This document shows positions 38,209 through 50,797 of a DNA stretch of 64,000 nt, piece after piece. The notes beneath the pieces were generated by a model. The model was not told where the DNA came from and searched no databases. It worked only from the letters and a program-made list of their open reading frames with translations. Made by a program: the position numbers and the translations under genes. How positions within the stretch are numbered: position 1 is the first letter of the stretch; the number at the start of each line of letters is the position of its first letter. Source of the stretch: Anthoceros angustus (Eukaryota; Plantae; Anthocerotophyta); NCBI GenBank assembly GCA_010909165.1, contig MU008164.1, positions 124,001 through 188,000 of the forward strand. The letters run 5' to 3'.

Positions 38209-40833
38209 ATGGCTGGAGCCACCACCCTCACTCCTTCCGCCTCTCTGCAGCTGCAAGGGCTATGTCTGGAGACCTCCAAGAGGGCTGTGGCGTCTCGGGC
38301 CAGTGCCGCCGGCTGGCCCAGCCCGGCCCTGTCGCTCTCCTCGTCCTCGTCCTCTTGTTTCGGTGGCGAGGCTGGGAAGGTGGGCCTGAGCGTTTCCAGG
38401 CCCGTCTTTCTGATGCCCGGGCAGAAATGTCCGGACGTGCTGAAGTCTGCCGTGTGTTTTCAGAGGGACGGGCTGTTGAAGGGGCTTGAGGATTTCGACT
38501 CCTCCTCCTTCGCTGTCAAGGGGTCCAGGGGGGTTCACACGCAGGGGGCTTACCAGTCGTCGGCAGTGGTATCTGCGGAGTACCTGGTGGCGGAGGAGGA
38601 GCAGACAAGTGTGAGGGACGGCAGGTACAGCAGCGCCTCTAGTGGTCTCTTTTCCTATGATGTCAGAAGTGAGGCTGTGGGAACCACGGAAACTTCGGAT
38701 GCCAGGGATCCGCTAGCTATTGCCAACCTGGGCATTTCCGACATCATCGTGAAGGCTTTGTCCGCCCGTGGTATTGAGAAGTTGTTTCCTATTCAGAGCG
38801 CGGTGCTGGAGCCCGCCATGCGGGGCAAGGACCTGATTGGCCGGGCCAAGACGGGGACCGGGAAGACACTCGCTTTTGGGATACCGATTCTCCACAAAAT
38901 TACCGAGGAGAATGAGCAGAACAGACTTGCCAAGAGGATGGGCCGTACTCCTCGGGCTCTTGTGTTGGCCCCAACCCGAGAGCTTGCGAAGCAGGTAGAG
39001 AGGGAGTTTAAGGAATCAGCTCCGCACCTGAGCACGTGCTGTGTTTACGGAGGTGTGTCCATCATAGAGCAGAAGAGATCTCTTGACCGAGGCGTCGACA
39101 TTGTTGTTGGTACCCCTGGTCGAGTGATAGACCTGCTTAATCAGGGTAACCTGAAGCTGCAAGACTGCCGCTTTATTGTTCTGGATGAAGCAGATCAGAT
39201 GCTTGCTGTCGGTTTTGCGGAGGACGTGGAAAGGATCTTAGAGTCTGCGCCAACAGTGAGGCAAAGTATGTTGTTTTCTGCCACCATGCCTGCATGGGTC
39301 CTGAAGTTATCCCGGCGGTATTTGAAGGAGCCTACGACCATCGATCTGGTGGGGGACAACGACGAGAAGCTTGCAGAGGGCATCAAAATCAAGGCTGTCG
39401 GTGTTGGTGGAACCATGAAGAGGACTGTCTTGAATGACCTTATCACAGTGTATGGGAAAGGTGGAAAAACTATTGTGTTCACCCAGACCAAGCGGGACGC
39501 TGATGAGGTTGCCATGGTCATGAGTCGGATATTGGGTTGTGAGGCCCTTCATGGTGATATCTCTCAGCACCAGCGCGAGAAGACTCTGAATGGGTTCCGC
39601 TCAGGAATATTTTCTGTGCTGGTCGCCACGGACGTGGCTGCTCGAGGTCTGGATATCCCCAACGTTGATCTGGTCATTCACTATGAAGCACCCAATGACT
39701 CTGAGACCTTTGTCCATCGCACGGGAAGGACAGGAAGGGCTGGGAAAACGGGCACTGCCATTCTCATGTATGCAAGCCAACAGCAAAGGACTCTGCGGAC
39801 CATAGAGCATGATGTGGGATGCAAGTTTGAGTACATCGCACCTCCAACTTTGTACGAGGTTCTGAGGTCATCCGCCGACCAAGCTGAAGATCAAATCAGG
39901 AAAGTGCACCCTGAACTGAAGACTGTCTTCCTGGAGACTGCGGAGAAACTTCTGGCAGAGCAGGGTTCTGGAGCTCTAGCAGCTGCCATTGCACACATGA
40001 GCGGCTACACGCAACCTCCTGCACCTCGCTCTTTGATCACCCATGAAGAAGGGAAAGTGACCCTGCGTCTCATCCGTACTGGACGACCCATTCGCAGTCT
40101 CATCAATGCCCGAGCTGTCACAGGCGCTGTGTCCAGCATCTTCCCTGAGGCGGCATACCAAATGGGTAAAATCCGTGTGATCTCAGAACCTGATGTGGAC
40201 GGTGCAGTCTTTGATGTGCCAGAGGAGCTGGCTAAGGAATTCCTGTCGAAGCCGACTGCAGCTGGCGAGACTGTGGACATGCCCAAGGTGCTACCCAGGC
40301 TGGAGGATGACGAAGAGGACCTGAGATCTCGTGACTTTGGAAGGTTCTCAAGGGACGGGGGTAGAGGGGGCTCTAGAAGCCGGGGTGGCTATGGGGGTTC
40401 GAGCGGTGGCTATGGGGGTTCAAGTGGCGGTTATGGGGGTGGTGGCTATGGGCAGAGGAGTGGTGGCTATGGATCTTCTAGCGGTGGCTATGGATCTTCT
40501 AGCGGCGGCTACGGATCGTCTAGCGGTGGCTATGGGTCTGCTAGCGGTGGCTATGGGTCTGCTAGCGGAGGCTATGGATCTGCTAGCGGTGGCTATGGGT
40601 CTGGGAGTGGGAGTGGTGGGTATGGGTCGGGGTCCGGGAGTTCTGGCTATGGGTATGGGAGTGGGTCTGGGACTGCAAGGTCTGATGGTATGCTTAGGAG
40701 AGGAGGTGGAGAATCCTATGGCGGCAGCAGTGGAGGTGCTAGCAGGGGTGGCTCTTTCGGCGGTGCTTGCTATTTATGTGGGCAGCCTGGTCACCGTGCC
40801 TCTGACTGCCCTTCAGGTGGTAGCAGGCGGTGA
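38209..40833 (+). CDS. RH3: Plastid DEAD-box RNA helicase 3 (DDX21-like; GUCT domain and C-terminal CCHC zinc knuckle), intronless, 874 aa
   Basis: First ATG at 38209 (MAGATTL...). [55 protein letters not shown]; GAVFDVPEE (GUCT); [14 protein letters not shown]. Confidence 0.95.
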   Translation: MAGATTLTPSASLQLQGLCLETSKRAVASRASAAGWPSPALSLSSSSSSCFGGEAGKVGLSVSRPVFLMPGQKCPDVLKSAVCFQRDGLLKGLEDFDSSSFAVKGSRGVHTQGAYQSSAVVSAEYLVAEEEQTSVRDGRYSSASSGLFSYDVRSEAVGTTETSDARDPLAIANLGISDIIVKALSARGIEKLFPIQSAVLEPAMRGKDLIGRAKTGTGKTLAFGIPILHKITEENEQNRLAKRMGRTPRALVLAPTRELAKQVEREFKESAPHLSTCCVYGGVSIIEQKRSLDRGVDIVVGTPGRVIDLLNQGNLKLQDCRFIVLDEADQMLAVGFAEDVERILESAPTVRQSMLFSATMPAWVLKLSRRYLKEPTTIDLVGDNDEKLAEGIKIKAVGVGGTMKRTVLNDLITVYGKGGKTIVFTQTKRDADEVAMVMSRILGCEALHGDISQHQREKTLNGFRSGIFSVLVATDVAARGLDIPNVDLVIHYEAPNDSETFVHRTGRTGRAGKTGTAILMYASQQQRTLRTIEHDVGCKFEYIAPPTLYEVLRSSADQAEDQIRKVHPELKTVFLETAEKLLAEQGSGALAAAIAHMSGYTQPPAPRSLITHEEGKVTLRLIRTGRPIRSLINARAVTGAVSSIFPEAAYQMGKIRVISEPDVDGAVFDVPEELAKEFLSKPTAAGETVDMPKVLPRLEDDEEDLRSRDFGRFSRDGGRGGSRSRGGYGGSSGGYGGSSGGYGGGGYGQRSGGYGSSSGGYGSSSGGYGSSSGGYGSASGGYGSASGGYGSASGGYGSGSGSGGYGSGSGSSGYGYGSGSGTARSDGMLRRGGGESYGGSSGGASRGGSFGGACYLCGQPGHRASDCPSGGSRR
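40383..40673 (+). repeat. In-frame ~21-nt repeat encoding a GGYGSSS low-complexity tract in RH3
   Basis: [14 protein letters not shown] x3, GGYGSAS x3 and variants; 14 YG dipeptides. Confidence 0.9.
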
Positions 40834-41568
40834 AAGGGCTCTAAAGGTGGGCTCTAAAGGTGGTAGCAGGCGGTGAAAGGGCTCGAAAGGTGGGCTTTAA
40901 AGGTGGGTGGAACGGAGTAAAGTTTCCGCAGCAGTGAAGTATCTCCAGGAATAGCTCCCACAGTCTGGATAGTACGGCTATTATGCTAGGATATGTGTAC
41001 CAACACCGTAACTCAATGTGGCTCTGCCGAATCATCCAAGTGGTTTCTGGCTCCCTATTTAAATTGGACTAGAGACAGTGTTCGATTAGTGCAGTATTGC
41101 TTACTTTCGGAAGAATGCTGTGGGGGATGATTGGCCTAATATGTAGTTAAAAGGCAATGGCCTTTGAACGTAGTCCATGTGAAGGCAGGGTACAGAGATG
41201 ACATTTCAGGACAAGCAGAGTGTGCGCCCGAATTGGCAATACCGATAACGTTAGAGTTGGTTCTGTATTTGGTTGCAAATTCTTTTGAAATGGAAGATGG
41301 ATGTTGCTGTTGGCTGCGCAATTTGATGTCCATACGATGTACACTATTTGTTTGCAAACTTACCGATACGTTGTGACGTTGCCACACTCTCCAAAACTAC
41401 TTCAAACAAGAGTGAGATTAGTAGACCAAAATGCTTGCTGTACAAAAGCCTGAAGGAAGGTCAAGACATGTAGAACCAGACCTTTGACGTTCCAACACGT
41501 TCCACATTAATGTCACTTACGTTGGTTTCCTAGCTTACAAATCCTGTTAATGTTTACAGGCACGCTTC

Positions 41569-43041
41569 TCAGGAGTCCTTCACACTGACAACTTCGTAGT
41601 GCAGTCCAGCCTCCTGAAGCCTCTCTCGCAGGTCAGTGGTAGCAAAGGCAGCCCCAGGTGACCAGACTCCACCCTGCGGTAGAAATTTTCTCTCATCGAG
41701 CACCACTAGAGCAGCCTGTATCAGGCATATGGGGGTTGTGATGTAGCCGATCTCAGGGCCAGTTATGCGGGTCACAATCTGCTTATCTGGCTTCTGCGCT
41801 GTTGATATCGGCGTACTGCTGTACCCCTTGCCCACAAACCACATGGAGAAGTAGCTGGCCTCCACTTCCTCCTCCGTCGGTCCATCCTTGGAGAAAGTGC
41901 CCAACGAGAAAAGCGTCGGGTACTCCAGAAGCAGCTTCTTTCCCCACGAGAACTGCGCCAGAAGAGTCCACACTATTGCCATTACTATCAAAGCAATGAT
42001 GGCTCCAAGGCTTTTGTTGGCAAGGTAACACCCATAGTGAGCTGGCTGTATAGACCTCCACTTCTGCTTGATGGTTTCCACTGCTACATGATCATCTCCG
42101 GCATCAGCTGCCGTGGGCAACCCATCAGGGTACTGTGTCAACGTGGACTGAGTTTTCCGGACAAGAAGAGGGTCTGCAGAAGGTAGCTTCAAACCCCATG
42201 AGCCTGAGTTCTCTTCCCACTTGATAAGAGCAGGCTTTGAGGCTGGCAGGCCCGGAATCTGCAAAGATGAAGACAAGACAAGACACATAAATCAAACAAG
42301 GAAAACAGCAACTAAGCACATTATACAAGCAAAGGGGAGTTGGAGGGAGTAACCACCAGAAAAAAGAAACACCATGCTCACCTTTGGTCGACTACGCCGC
42401 GGCTTACGTTTCCTCAGCTCTGCCAAGTTCTTAGAGCTGGAGAGCCCTAGAATAGCAGACTCATAAGTACCAAAGTTTCCACGAATTCTCCTTCCCTTGG
42501 TACCCAGAAGGATGAAAGAATCGACGCTGTTTGGAATCCAGCCTCTGGTGGCAAACTCCTCATTGTTGTACAGAGCACCTGTCTCCGCAGGGATGGAGTC
42601 ATAGCCACAAGCTGAAACGACCAGAGACCCATTCTTGACAGCCAGGTCATGGTACTTGACCTCCATGGTCTCGATGAACTCTGGCTCCCCTGTGATATCC
42701 AGATAATCCACCCCAGCCTCCACACAGGCTGCAACCACGGGCTCCCCATACTTCCGATAAGGCCCCACACACGAGATGACCAGCCTGGTCTGCTTACAAA
42801 GCGCAGACAGAGAGTCGGGCGAGGTCACATCAGCTTCGATAATGGGTATCTGAGACGCAAGACCCGGACCCCCCGCCCAGGTCAGTGCGTCAGCAAGCTT
42901 CCCCTTGCTCCGACCGGCAATCCCGATTCTCCGCTTCCTGCCCTTCCCATCGTCCTGGAACTTGAGCATCTCCCGGATCACATACTTCCCCGTGAAGCCA
43001 GAGGCTCCGAAGATAACAACGTCCAGCACCTGCTCAGCCAT
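41569..43041 (-). CDS. SCCPDH: Saccharopine dehydrogenase-like oxidoreductase (At5g39410-like), 2 exons, 449 aa
   Basis: Exons 43041-42382 and 42258-41569 (GTGAGC...TTGCAG intron). IFGASGFTGK, CVGPYRKYGEPVVAAC, YLDITGEP, SACGYDSIP, GPEIGYITT, GGVWSPG. Confidence 0.92.
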
Positions 43042-44089
43042 GTCCACCTCCTTCCCCCAGCTCCTCTCTTCAAGCCCGGTTCCCTGCCGTCTGCCACCTA
43101 CGAAATACAGGCTAAGCGACTAAGGCACCCCCGTTTCCTCGCTAGGGCATTCACGAACCGAATAAACAACCGCCATTTTCCCGATTGAAGCCGCCGATCC
43201 TGACCAGGATGCAGCCTTAGCCTTGTGTTTGAATAATGGCGTTTCGACGGCAACAAGAATCCTTGCTTACCTGCCAGCGTTCCTCCATTTCCAGCTAGAA
43301 GCACACAAGCTCCACCCAAAAGCAGGGAGCAGCTCGAAAGCATGCATGGATTGAAGCCTGCCGGTCTCACATTCCGCAAGCTGGGGTTGCAGGCATGCTA
43401 TCTCTCGACTGATCTCGACAGGTGCTCCACCTCTTCCTTGGAGAAGTAATCATATCTGAGGAACGATTTACGATTCAATCCAGAAGCCTGAAGAAATGCA
43501 GCAGCATCTCTGTTGCTTAGAACACAAGTTCACAACCATTACATAGCTATGCAGGGACTCAGGACACACTTCAGATGGGAAGCCGAATCCATGCGTAAGA
43601 CTTTGCACAGGCCTATTCAATTTTCAAGCATTCTAGGATGATTTGGAAGAGAGCTTCACAATTGAGTGTTTTGTTCTCACATTGCTGGAAGACTTTTTGT
43701 CCAAGGGTAATGGTAATAAGGCCCACTGCGAAAGATTAGATTGCGTCATGAGGAAGTGTTCGTCACTAGCTCAAAGCCGGTGCAGTAGTCTTCAGGCATC
43801 AACGTCTTTCCCACTGGTCGTGAAGGGCTCGCAGACAGGAGGTTGAGTTCCAAGCACACACACTTCAGCTCCTAACCTGCACCTCTCCAGGAGCTGGATG
43901 TCGATGTCACAAGCTGGCCATCCCATGTATCGAAACCAGGGTTTGTGCAGCGGAGAAGACGAATCGAATCCATCCGTCTTGTGATGGTGCGTACAACGTT
44001 ATGAGCTACTTGCTTGAAAACAAAAACATGCCCTTCATGGTTTTGCTAAAACACACTACCTACCACTAAGCTACAACAATAATTTTATT

Positions 44090-45575
44090 TACAACTTTAT
44101 TTATGTCCACTAAGGATGGAAGAACCATCATGGGAGAGAGATAGTACAGCTTAAAAAGAGGCCAACGATTGTGTACACATGTACATCTGAACTAGATCTT
44201 CCGAAAATCAAGAAGCTCAGAGAGACATAGACCAATGAGCTTTGTAATATGAAACAGAAGAATTTGCGCAAGAAAAAACCAGCACCCTCCAAAAGAAGAG
44301 TGTAGCAAGCCCGAGTAGAAACATAGACAGGGCAATAGAAGAGGAAGTGCGATTCATATTCAAGGTCAAAAGAGCATAGCTTGCAAATACGGGCAGCTTG
44401 AGGAGGTGTGGGCTTAAGCCAACGGTCAGTCTCGATTTGAAGGTGGTGGGAGCTAACATGAAATTGACCGATAAGAGTGCGGAGCTTGAAGGAGAGAGGT
44501 CAACTGAGGTAACGTGATAGGGCAGGGAATCCAAAGGGGGGATGGACACATAACTCCTCCTTGTAGAAACGGAGTTTGGATGTTAGGGAAAGGGCAAATG
44601 AAAGGGGGAACCAAGTGAGAGGAAGGTATCATAATTTAAGATCCCGCCAGATGAGGTGGTTGGAGGGAGATGAGAAAGGGGGAGGGGGAATGGGGAGTTG
44701 GCCAAGCCGGGAGCCTAAGGGGTGCAAAGTCAAGCCATTTAAGCCAAGCAGCTGCTTGGGAGAGCCAAGAAAATTAAGCTTGGGAATCAATATTGAGCCA
44801 AAGAGAATGGGAAGACCTGTAGGCAAGGAGATGGTAAGGGGGGTAGGCTTGGGGGGCAAGGCTAACAATGTTAAGGAGGAGGAGGCGGTAAAGGAAACAA
44901 AAGAGGCGAAAGAGGCCATCAAGTTCAAGGGGAAAGGTAGCAAATTCAGAAAGGAGGACAGGTAAGGGGGCCGAACACTTACAGGCAATGTGAGCACGAA
45001 CAAAGGAGGTTTGTACTTTTTCCACCTCAGCCCAAGAGAGGAAGAGGAAAGACTCGGGCCCCAAACCTCAGCACCATAAATAGTGGAGGGTATGACCAAT
45101 GTGTTGAAAAGTTGCTTCCGGAGGTTGATATCCTGAATATTCATCCTATGTAAAGCCCGGCGTAGAGCATCAGCAGCACCCATCCCCTTGGTGGCGCGAG
45201 AAGAAGCAGAAAAAGTCTAATTGAACTTCGGAACAAAAATCATAACACCTAGGTACGTATAAGAGCGGACCATCTCCACCTTTTGACCATCATAGAAGAA
45301 TACGCAATCACCCTTGTAATCCTCAGAGTTAATCGCATGATCTTGGTCTTGCGCAGATTGACAATGAGACCCTTGGCTTTACAAAAACTGAAAAGCACGT
45401 CAAGTTGCTACTGTAAGTCTTCCGGGGAATGCGAAAAAAGAAAAATATCATCTACATATAAAAGGTTAGGGATACTTTCGAGGAACAGGCGAGCGCCAGG
45501 ATCACCAAATGACAAAAGCCACTCTTCAAGCTCGTCAATTACAATCCAAAAAGATTTGAGTTAGAAGTACAGACC
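44090..45575 (-). mobile_element. 5'-truncated, degenerate LINE (RT C-terminal part and 3' region)
   Basis: Reverse strand reads LLYVDD (45447-45458), QLDVLFSFCKAKGLIVNLRKTKIM, YTYLGV and LRKQLFNTLVIPSTIYGAEVWG, with stops and frameshifts. An AATAAA-containing tail lies near 44090. Confidence 0.85.
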
Positions 45576-45763
45576 GCATTGGTTATGGTTAGCTTAGCTT
45601 AACCCAACGAGGTCATACCCTTTGGCATCTTGAACCGAAGAGGTACAACTCTTCAGACACAGGCTATAAAAGCCCACTGCTTGTAATCAATTGTATCAAT
45701 TAGTAAAGCACTAAACTTTGATCAAACGCTTCCGCAAAGTACCTCAAACTTGGTATCAGAGCC
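45575..45763 (+). mobile_element. LTR-like segment ending in a tRNA-iMet primer binding site
   Basis: CTATAAAAG (~45664), TTGTAAT and CGCTTCCGC, then an exact TGGTATCAGAGCC at 45751-45763. No recognisable gag follows. Confidence 0.55.
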
Positions 45764-48700
45764 ACAAAATACATTAATCAGGAAAAATGCATTTCGATGT
45801 TGATCTATGTTTTTTCAAATTCATTTATTAAACTGCATTTTTAAAGCAAAATTTTCTGTTTATTTGGTTTTAATATGAAATCGTTTTTCATGTACTTATT
45901 GAGAGGACATATTCATTCGTAATGCTTCTTCCACTTTCATTGCATTCCATCTTTATGCCTTTGTGCTCTCTTGCCTATCTTCCTTAACTTTGCCTTTTGA
46001 GCAATTCCATCTTCTTTCATACTATATGGCGAGAAGACACTACAAGGTCAATGGGCGTGTAAGGAAGAATCACTCTAATGATACTTTTACAAGATGGAAT
46101 GATCAATTCTCACACAAGATCAACATCTCCAACGGCTAGCTTTCTTAACAATTGGATCTCTTCAAATGATCAAAGACCTTGGTCCAATAGCTCGAATACT
46201 AGCCTCCTTAGGTGTTGTGGGGATATATCTTCAACTAAGCGTCAGACATCCTCTGCTCAGTACTCTCATCATCCTGGCTCATCAGTTTATGCCCCAGCAA
46301 GTCGGTTTGAATCGAGTGCAGATTGTTCTCTTCTATCAAGAAAGAAATACTATGCTAATGGACGGTCGGCCACCCCGTCACAAGCTGCTCAATCTAATGG
46401 GCACTCTGCCTCACAAAGTGTTCCTTGTGTTCTCACAAAACATGGGCAGCTAGGCCTACAAAATATTGGGCTTCAATATTCAGAAACTGATCATTCACCA
46501 ATTTTCCCTTCTTCTAACACTAATCATACCTCCTATACAGATTGTGTGAGGAAGGAAAATGCACACAATGGTGATGGATCAAATTCAGCATCTAAGATAT
46601 TCAGGCAAGGTGGTTTTACATCACCAGCACATCTGCAATCAGATATCGTTACGACAACAAAATTTCTCTCTGGCTACAAAAGTAGATCACAGGGGATTGT
46701 TGATAAGATCCCACAGGGTGTTTCGGTTACCAACGACCTTCCTCTAACAGATGTTTGTCCCCCATATTTCCAAATTTTAGCAGCACTTCAAACTGATGAG
46801 TCCCCGCCAATCACAAAATCTTCAACGACCTTTTACATCAGATCTCGCCATGGCACCTCCACGATTCTGCAATTTCTGTAGCTCAGGAGGGGCGCCATGC
46901 TCTCGCGACCAGATTGCCGCAAGTATGTCCACTCAGATCTAACCTGAAGTCGAGAAATCTGCAATCATGCCCCCAACATTTCCTGGCCAATCAGTTACCC
47001 AAATTGGAGGCGTCTTCCTGGATCTTCTCCTAGCTAGGTCGCCGTGGGCCAGCGCCCATTATGCCGCTCATGCCCATCAGCATTCTCAATTGCCAATGCC
47101 CGAGATCAGAGGCATCGAGATGGCGCTGAAGTTCAAAGTGTATGCGGCGCTGGAGGTGCGGGCACTGCTTTGCGCGTCAACATTGCCCTAAAAACTTAAG
47201 TGGGGCACCATTTTCCGGAACGCCGCGTTTCGAACCGTCGCCGTTTCGAAACGTTTCTTTTTTCAGCTCAAGTTTGGGCCTTGGGGATGCTGGTGGGGCC
47301 CACCTAATAGCTTGTTCTGGATCTTCCGCATAATTGCTCAGCCTCGAACTTTTCAAGCTCTTTATAATCAGCCTCCGGCAGTTGAGTTTTCAGCTATTCC
47401 AGCTTCAGCAATCAAACAAGAGCTCTTGTCGCCGCGCCTGCCACCTGATGACATCGCCACTCAGCGCTATCTTTATGAGCAAGCAGTTGCAACTGCTCAA
47501 GAGCTGTTCCAATTGTAGTGTCGTTATCTTTGGGATCATCTTCATCAACTCCGAGCCGCAATCGCCTCCTCATGCGCTCAAAGACCTTGTTATAGCCTTT
47601 GCCCGTGATCGCGGGCATAGTTCACTGGGCTATTTGACTTAAATCTTTGTTTGCATTACATCGACAGAACAGAGCTGCTGAGAATGTAGCGTAAGGAACA
47701 CATGTTCTGAAATGCATGTTCCTTGAGAGCTTATAAACGAAGTTCTCAATGAACTTCATTGACGAAAAAGACTTACCTGTTTGACATCTGATGTGTGTGT
47801 GGCGCGCAACATTGTCGCCGGCAGGAGGACTTCGCACCTCCGTCGTCTGGAAATCTATTGCCCCCTAATCCCATTGCCTGCTGTGTAAGGTGGTAGGCTA
47901 CCGCCGCCAAAACTTAATGCCTTGGCACGGAAATGAAAATATTTGCAAATATGCCGAAGGATCTGCAACGGTAGATCTTGTCGGCTGCGGGGCACAACGC
48001 CTTTTAATTGTTTTCTTGACATTGGTATTGACATGTAAGGCTTTTGCCTCTTGGGCAAATGGGGTCCTCAAAATAGACTTTCATTTAAGCATGGGTTTAA
48101 TTGACAATATGGTTAGGGTTACCTGCACATGCACTTGATGTCACCCGAACGGGTGTAATACTCTCGGTTCAAAGTGGAGAGTAATCTAGAGCAAGACCCG
48201 GGACGTTGAGTGAGCGCAGACGGAACGGTGGCGGCCTATTCAGTCGAAGTTGCTCTCAGAAGACAAAGGACCTCCAGCGCTTTCTCCCAGCGCTTTCACG
48301 ATCAGGTGTCATCGTCCGCCATTTTCTCTTCGCCGCGATTCTCATCGTCTCCCAGTATGCCCCGTGTTTGATCGGATAATTGAAGACAAAACCATGTATA
48401 AGGCTTGTGAGCTTAGCCTACATGGCTTCCAAAGCAAGAAATATAGGCCTCCAAACCTGGTGGAGGCTTTCAGAAATGCTATGCATCAGCCATTTGTAAG
48501 TATGAATTGTTTACGATGTTTTCAAGTCCCTTGATCCAGAGCATGGTCTATTGGTTTCTAAAACATACCATTTCTTTGTGGCCATTCCTCTACCATTTGT
48601 GTGTTTTGCAGAATGGTCAACAAGCAAGGGCACTAATCCCGACCATTTGCGGGAAGGTTACGGAATCCATTGTCCAGCATAGGAGGGAAATGTCCCAACA

Positions 48701-49265
48701 CCGAGTCAGAGCCCAACTTCGACAGAGTGACCAAGATGGGATCAACGACGACCAGCGAAGTGTAGATAGTGAGCTCGGCCCATCTGATGAGGAGGATGGG
48801 CCTATATAAAGAAGTTGGTAGCCTAGGATCGCATGTGTGAAGATCGTGCAAGAGGTAAGCAAGAGGGACAAGAGCAAGTTGGAATTGAAAGATGATACAA
48901 ATTACACACAAAGAAAGGGTCTTATACAAAAACGGTTATTGACGGTTATTAATTAACGAATAATAAAACTAAACCTAATTTAATTGTAACTGAAATCACC
49001 ATTATGTTTTAACACATATCTATTCCAAAATAAGCTATATTCCATTACTATATCCGACGTGCTTGGCCACTCGGATGATGAGGATTTTGTGGAGCCAGAG
49101 GAGGGTAGGGACGCTCCATTGCTAGACATTCCATTTCCTGGCACCTCACTTGTGGTTCCAACTGTGGAGTACATTCCAGAGGAGTCTGAAGGGCGCCGGC
49201 CTGCCGTCGCCCCTGTGGCAATGTGAAATGCTGGAGACCTGGTTACACTAAACCCCGACTGGTTT

Positions 49266-50640
49266 ATGGGGTTCCCAAGGCACACGGAAGGCTTAGGGCG
49301 CCGGTCGGCCGGTGCCCAGATTGCGGATGCCCAAGACATAGCTGCAGGAGAGACGTTGGCTGAGCAGGCAGGAGGTCGAGGGCGACGACCCATGGAGGGG
49401 CCTGCAGTGTCCTCCAGATCTGCGGGTATGGAGACAGGGGACTCGAGTGGGAAAGGAAGGCAGGGTCGCAACGATGCAACAGGTTGTAGTAGTCGGTCGC
49501 AGAGCGAGGCTCCAACTGGCGGCAAAAGAAAAAAGAAATACAAGAAGGATACAGGGAGTGAAGCCCATCAGGATAACATAGCGACTGTCCATGTACGGAC
49601 ATATGAAGAAAGACTCGAAGCTGCCATTCGGGAATCAGACCCATTGACAAGAATCAGGGACTCTGCATATTCAAAGAAAGTTGTTCCAGAGACAGTACTG
49701 GTAAAGCTAGAGAATTTGAAGCCCGCATCTTATATAACACCAGATGCCCAGATAAGGAGGTTGGACGAGGCATGGGCAAACTACTTAGCTTGAGTTATTT
49801 CGAAGGGAAGGATTGAGGAAGGCGTTTTGCCTCTACTGTGCATGGTTGATCCTGGGGAGTGCAACGATATTAGCAAGTTGGACTGGAAGAAATTCAGGGC
49901 CAAGAAATATATTATGGGTGTCCTAGGGGGGAACCACACTTATGCTGCTATGAAGCACTTGGCCGATATTTCTCCGGGGAAGTCTCGTTTTCAATATGTA
50001 GAAGCACATGTATATTGTGGGCTAATGGTACGGAGATGAGAGTTCTTGCGACCGACCATAATACCATGTTTGATAAGCAGAAGAAAATGTCTTTTATTGA
50101 ACATGTTAGATACTTACGGGATGAGCTTCTTATTGCACGTCGTGACGGAGTGCAGATGACCATGTCATGGAAGTTCAATCTCTATAAGGTTCTTGGATTG
50201 ATTGAAGATGATGAAGGGCGGGAAGATGACGTCTATAAGTAGAACAAAGTAGATAACAAGACCCACATATTGTACATCTCTAGGCAAGAGGGCAAGGTAT
50301 GGGACAACATTGATAGGATCTTTTCCAAGTGGGAAGCAGGCGAGTTACCTGAGTAGAAGAAGCACATATCTGCTGGAACTAGCAAAAAAGGGAAAGGCAA
50401 AAGGAAAGTCACCGATGATCCCAAGCATGTAGAGACAGTGTATTTCAAGCCGAAGGACATGCTCGCGAAACCCTAGAAATCGTTTCAGGGTATTCAAGCA
50501 GGTGAATGTGGACAACAAATTCTTGTTACGGCAATAGAGAAGGTATTGACAGGCATCCTAGATCTCAAAGGAATGGCCGACGAAATTACTTCGAGGAAGA
50601 AGCTTCATGTTGTTATCCAACTGGCACTTAGGGAGAGGCG
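49266..50640 (+). pseudogene. Decayed transposon-associated ORF with a ParB/Srx-like motif
   Basis: Reading through stops and one frameshift: IRRLDEAWANYLA*...PLLCMVDP...VLGGNHTYAAMKHL...EAHVYCGL...RVLATDHN...MSFIEHVRYLR...FQGIQ. The stops are TGA/TAG, compatible with C>T decay of CGA/CAG. Confidence 0.5.
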
Positions 50641-50797
50641 TGTTTTGCAAAACCCCTTTTGCAAATGTCCCAATCTTTACAGCGTCTAAAAACCTACACT
50701 GTAAATTGGTTTAAGTTTCGCTGATGTGGCAAGTTTTAAGAATCGGTTTACAACGGGGGTTTCTAGTTGGATGATGTGGCACTCTTTTGGGTGCTCA

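Noticed and set aside
46078-46881. 267-aa Ser-rich ORF as a host gene or a confident viral movement protein
   Set aside because: No recognisable domain. The movement-protein resemblance is in another frame and too weak to call.
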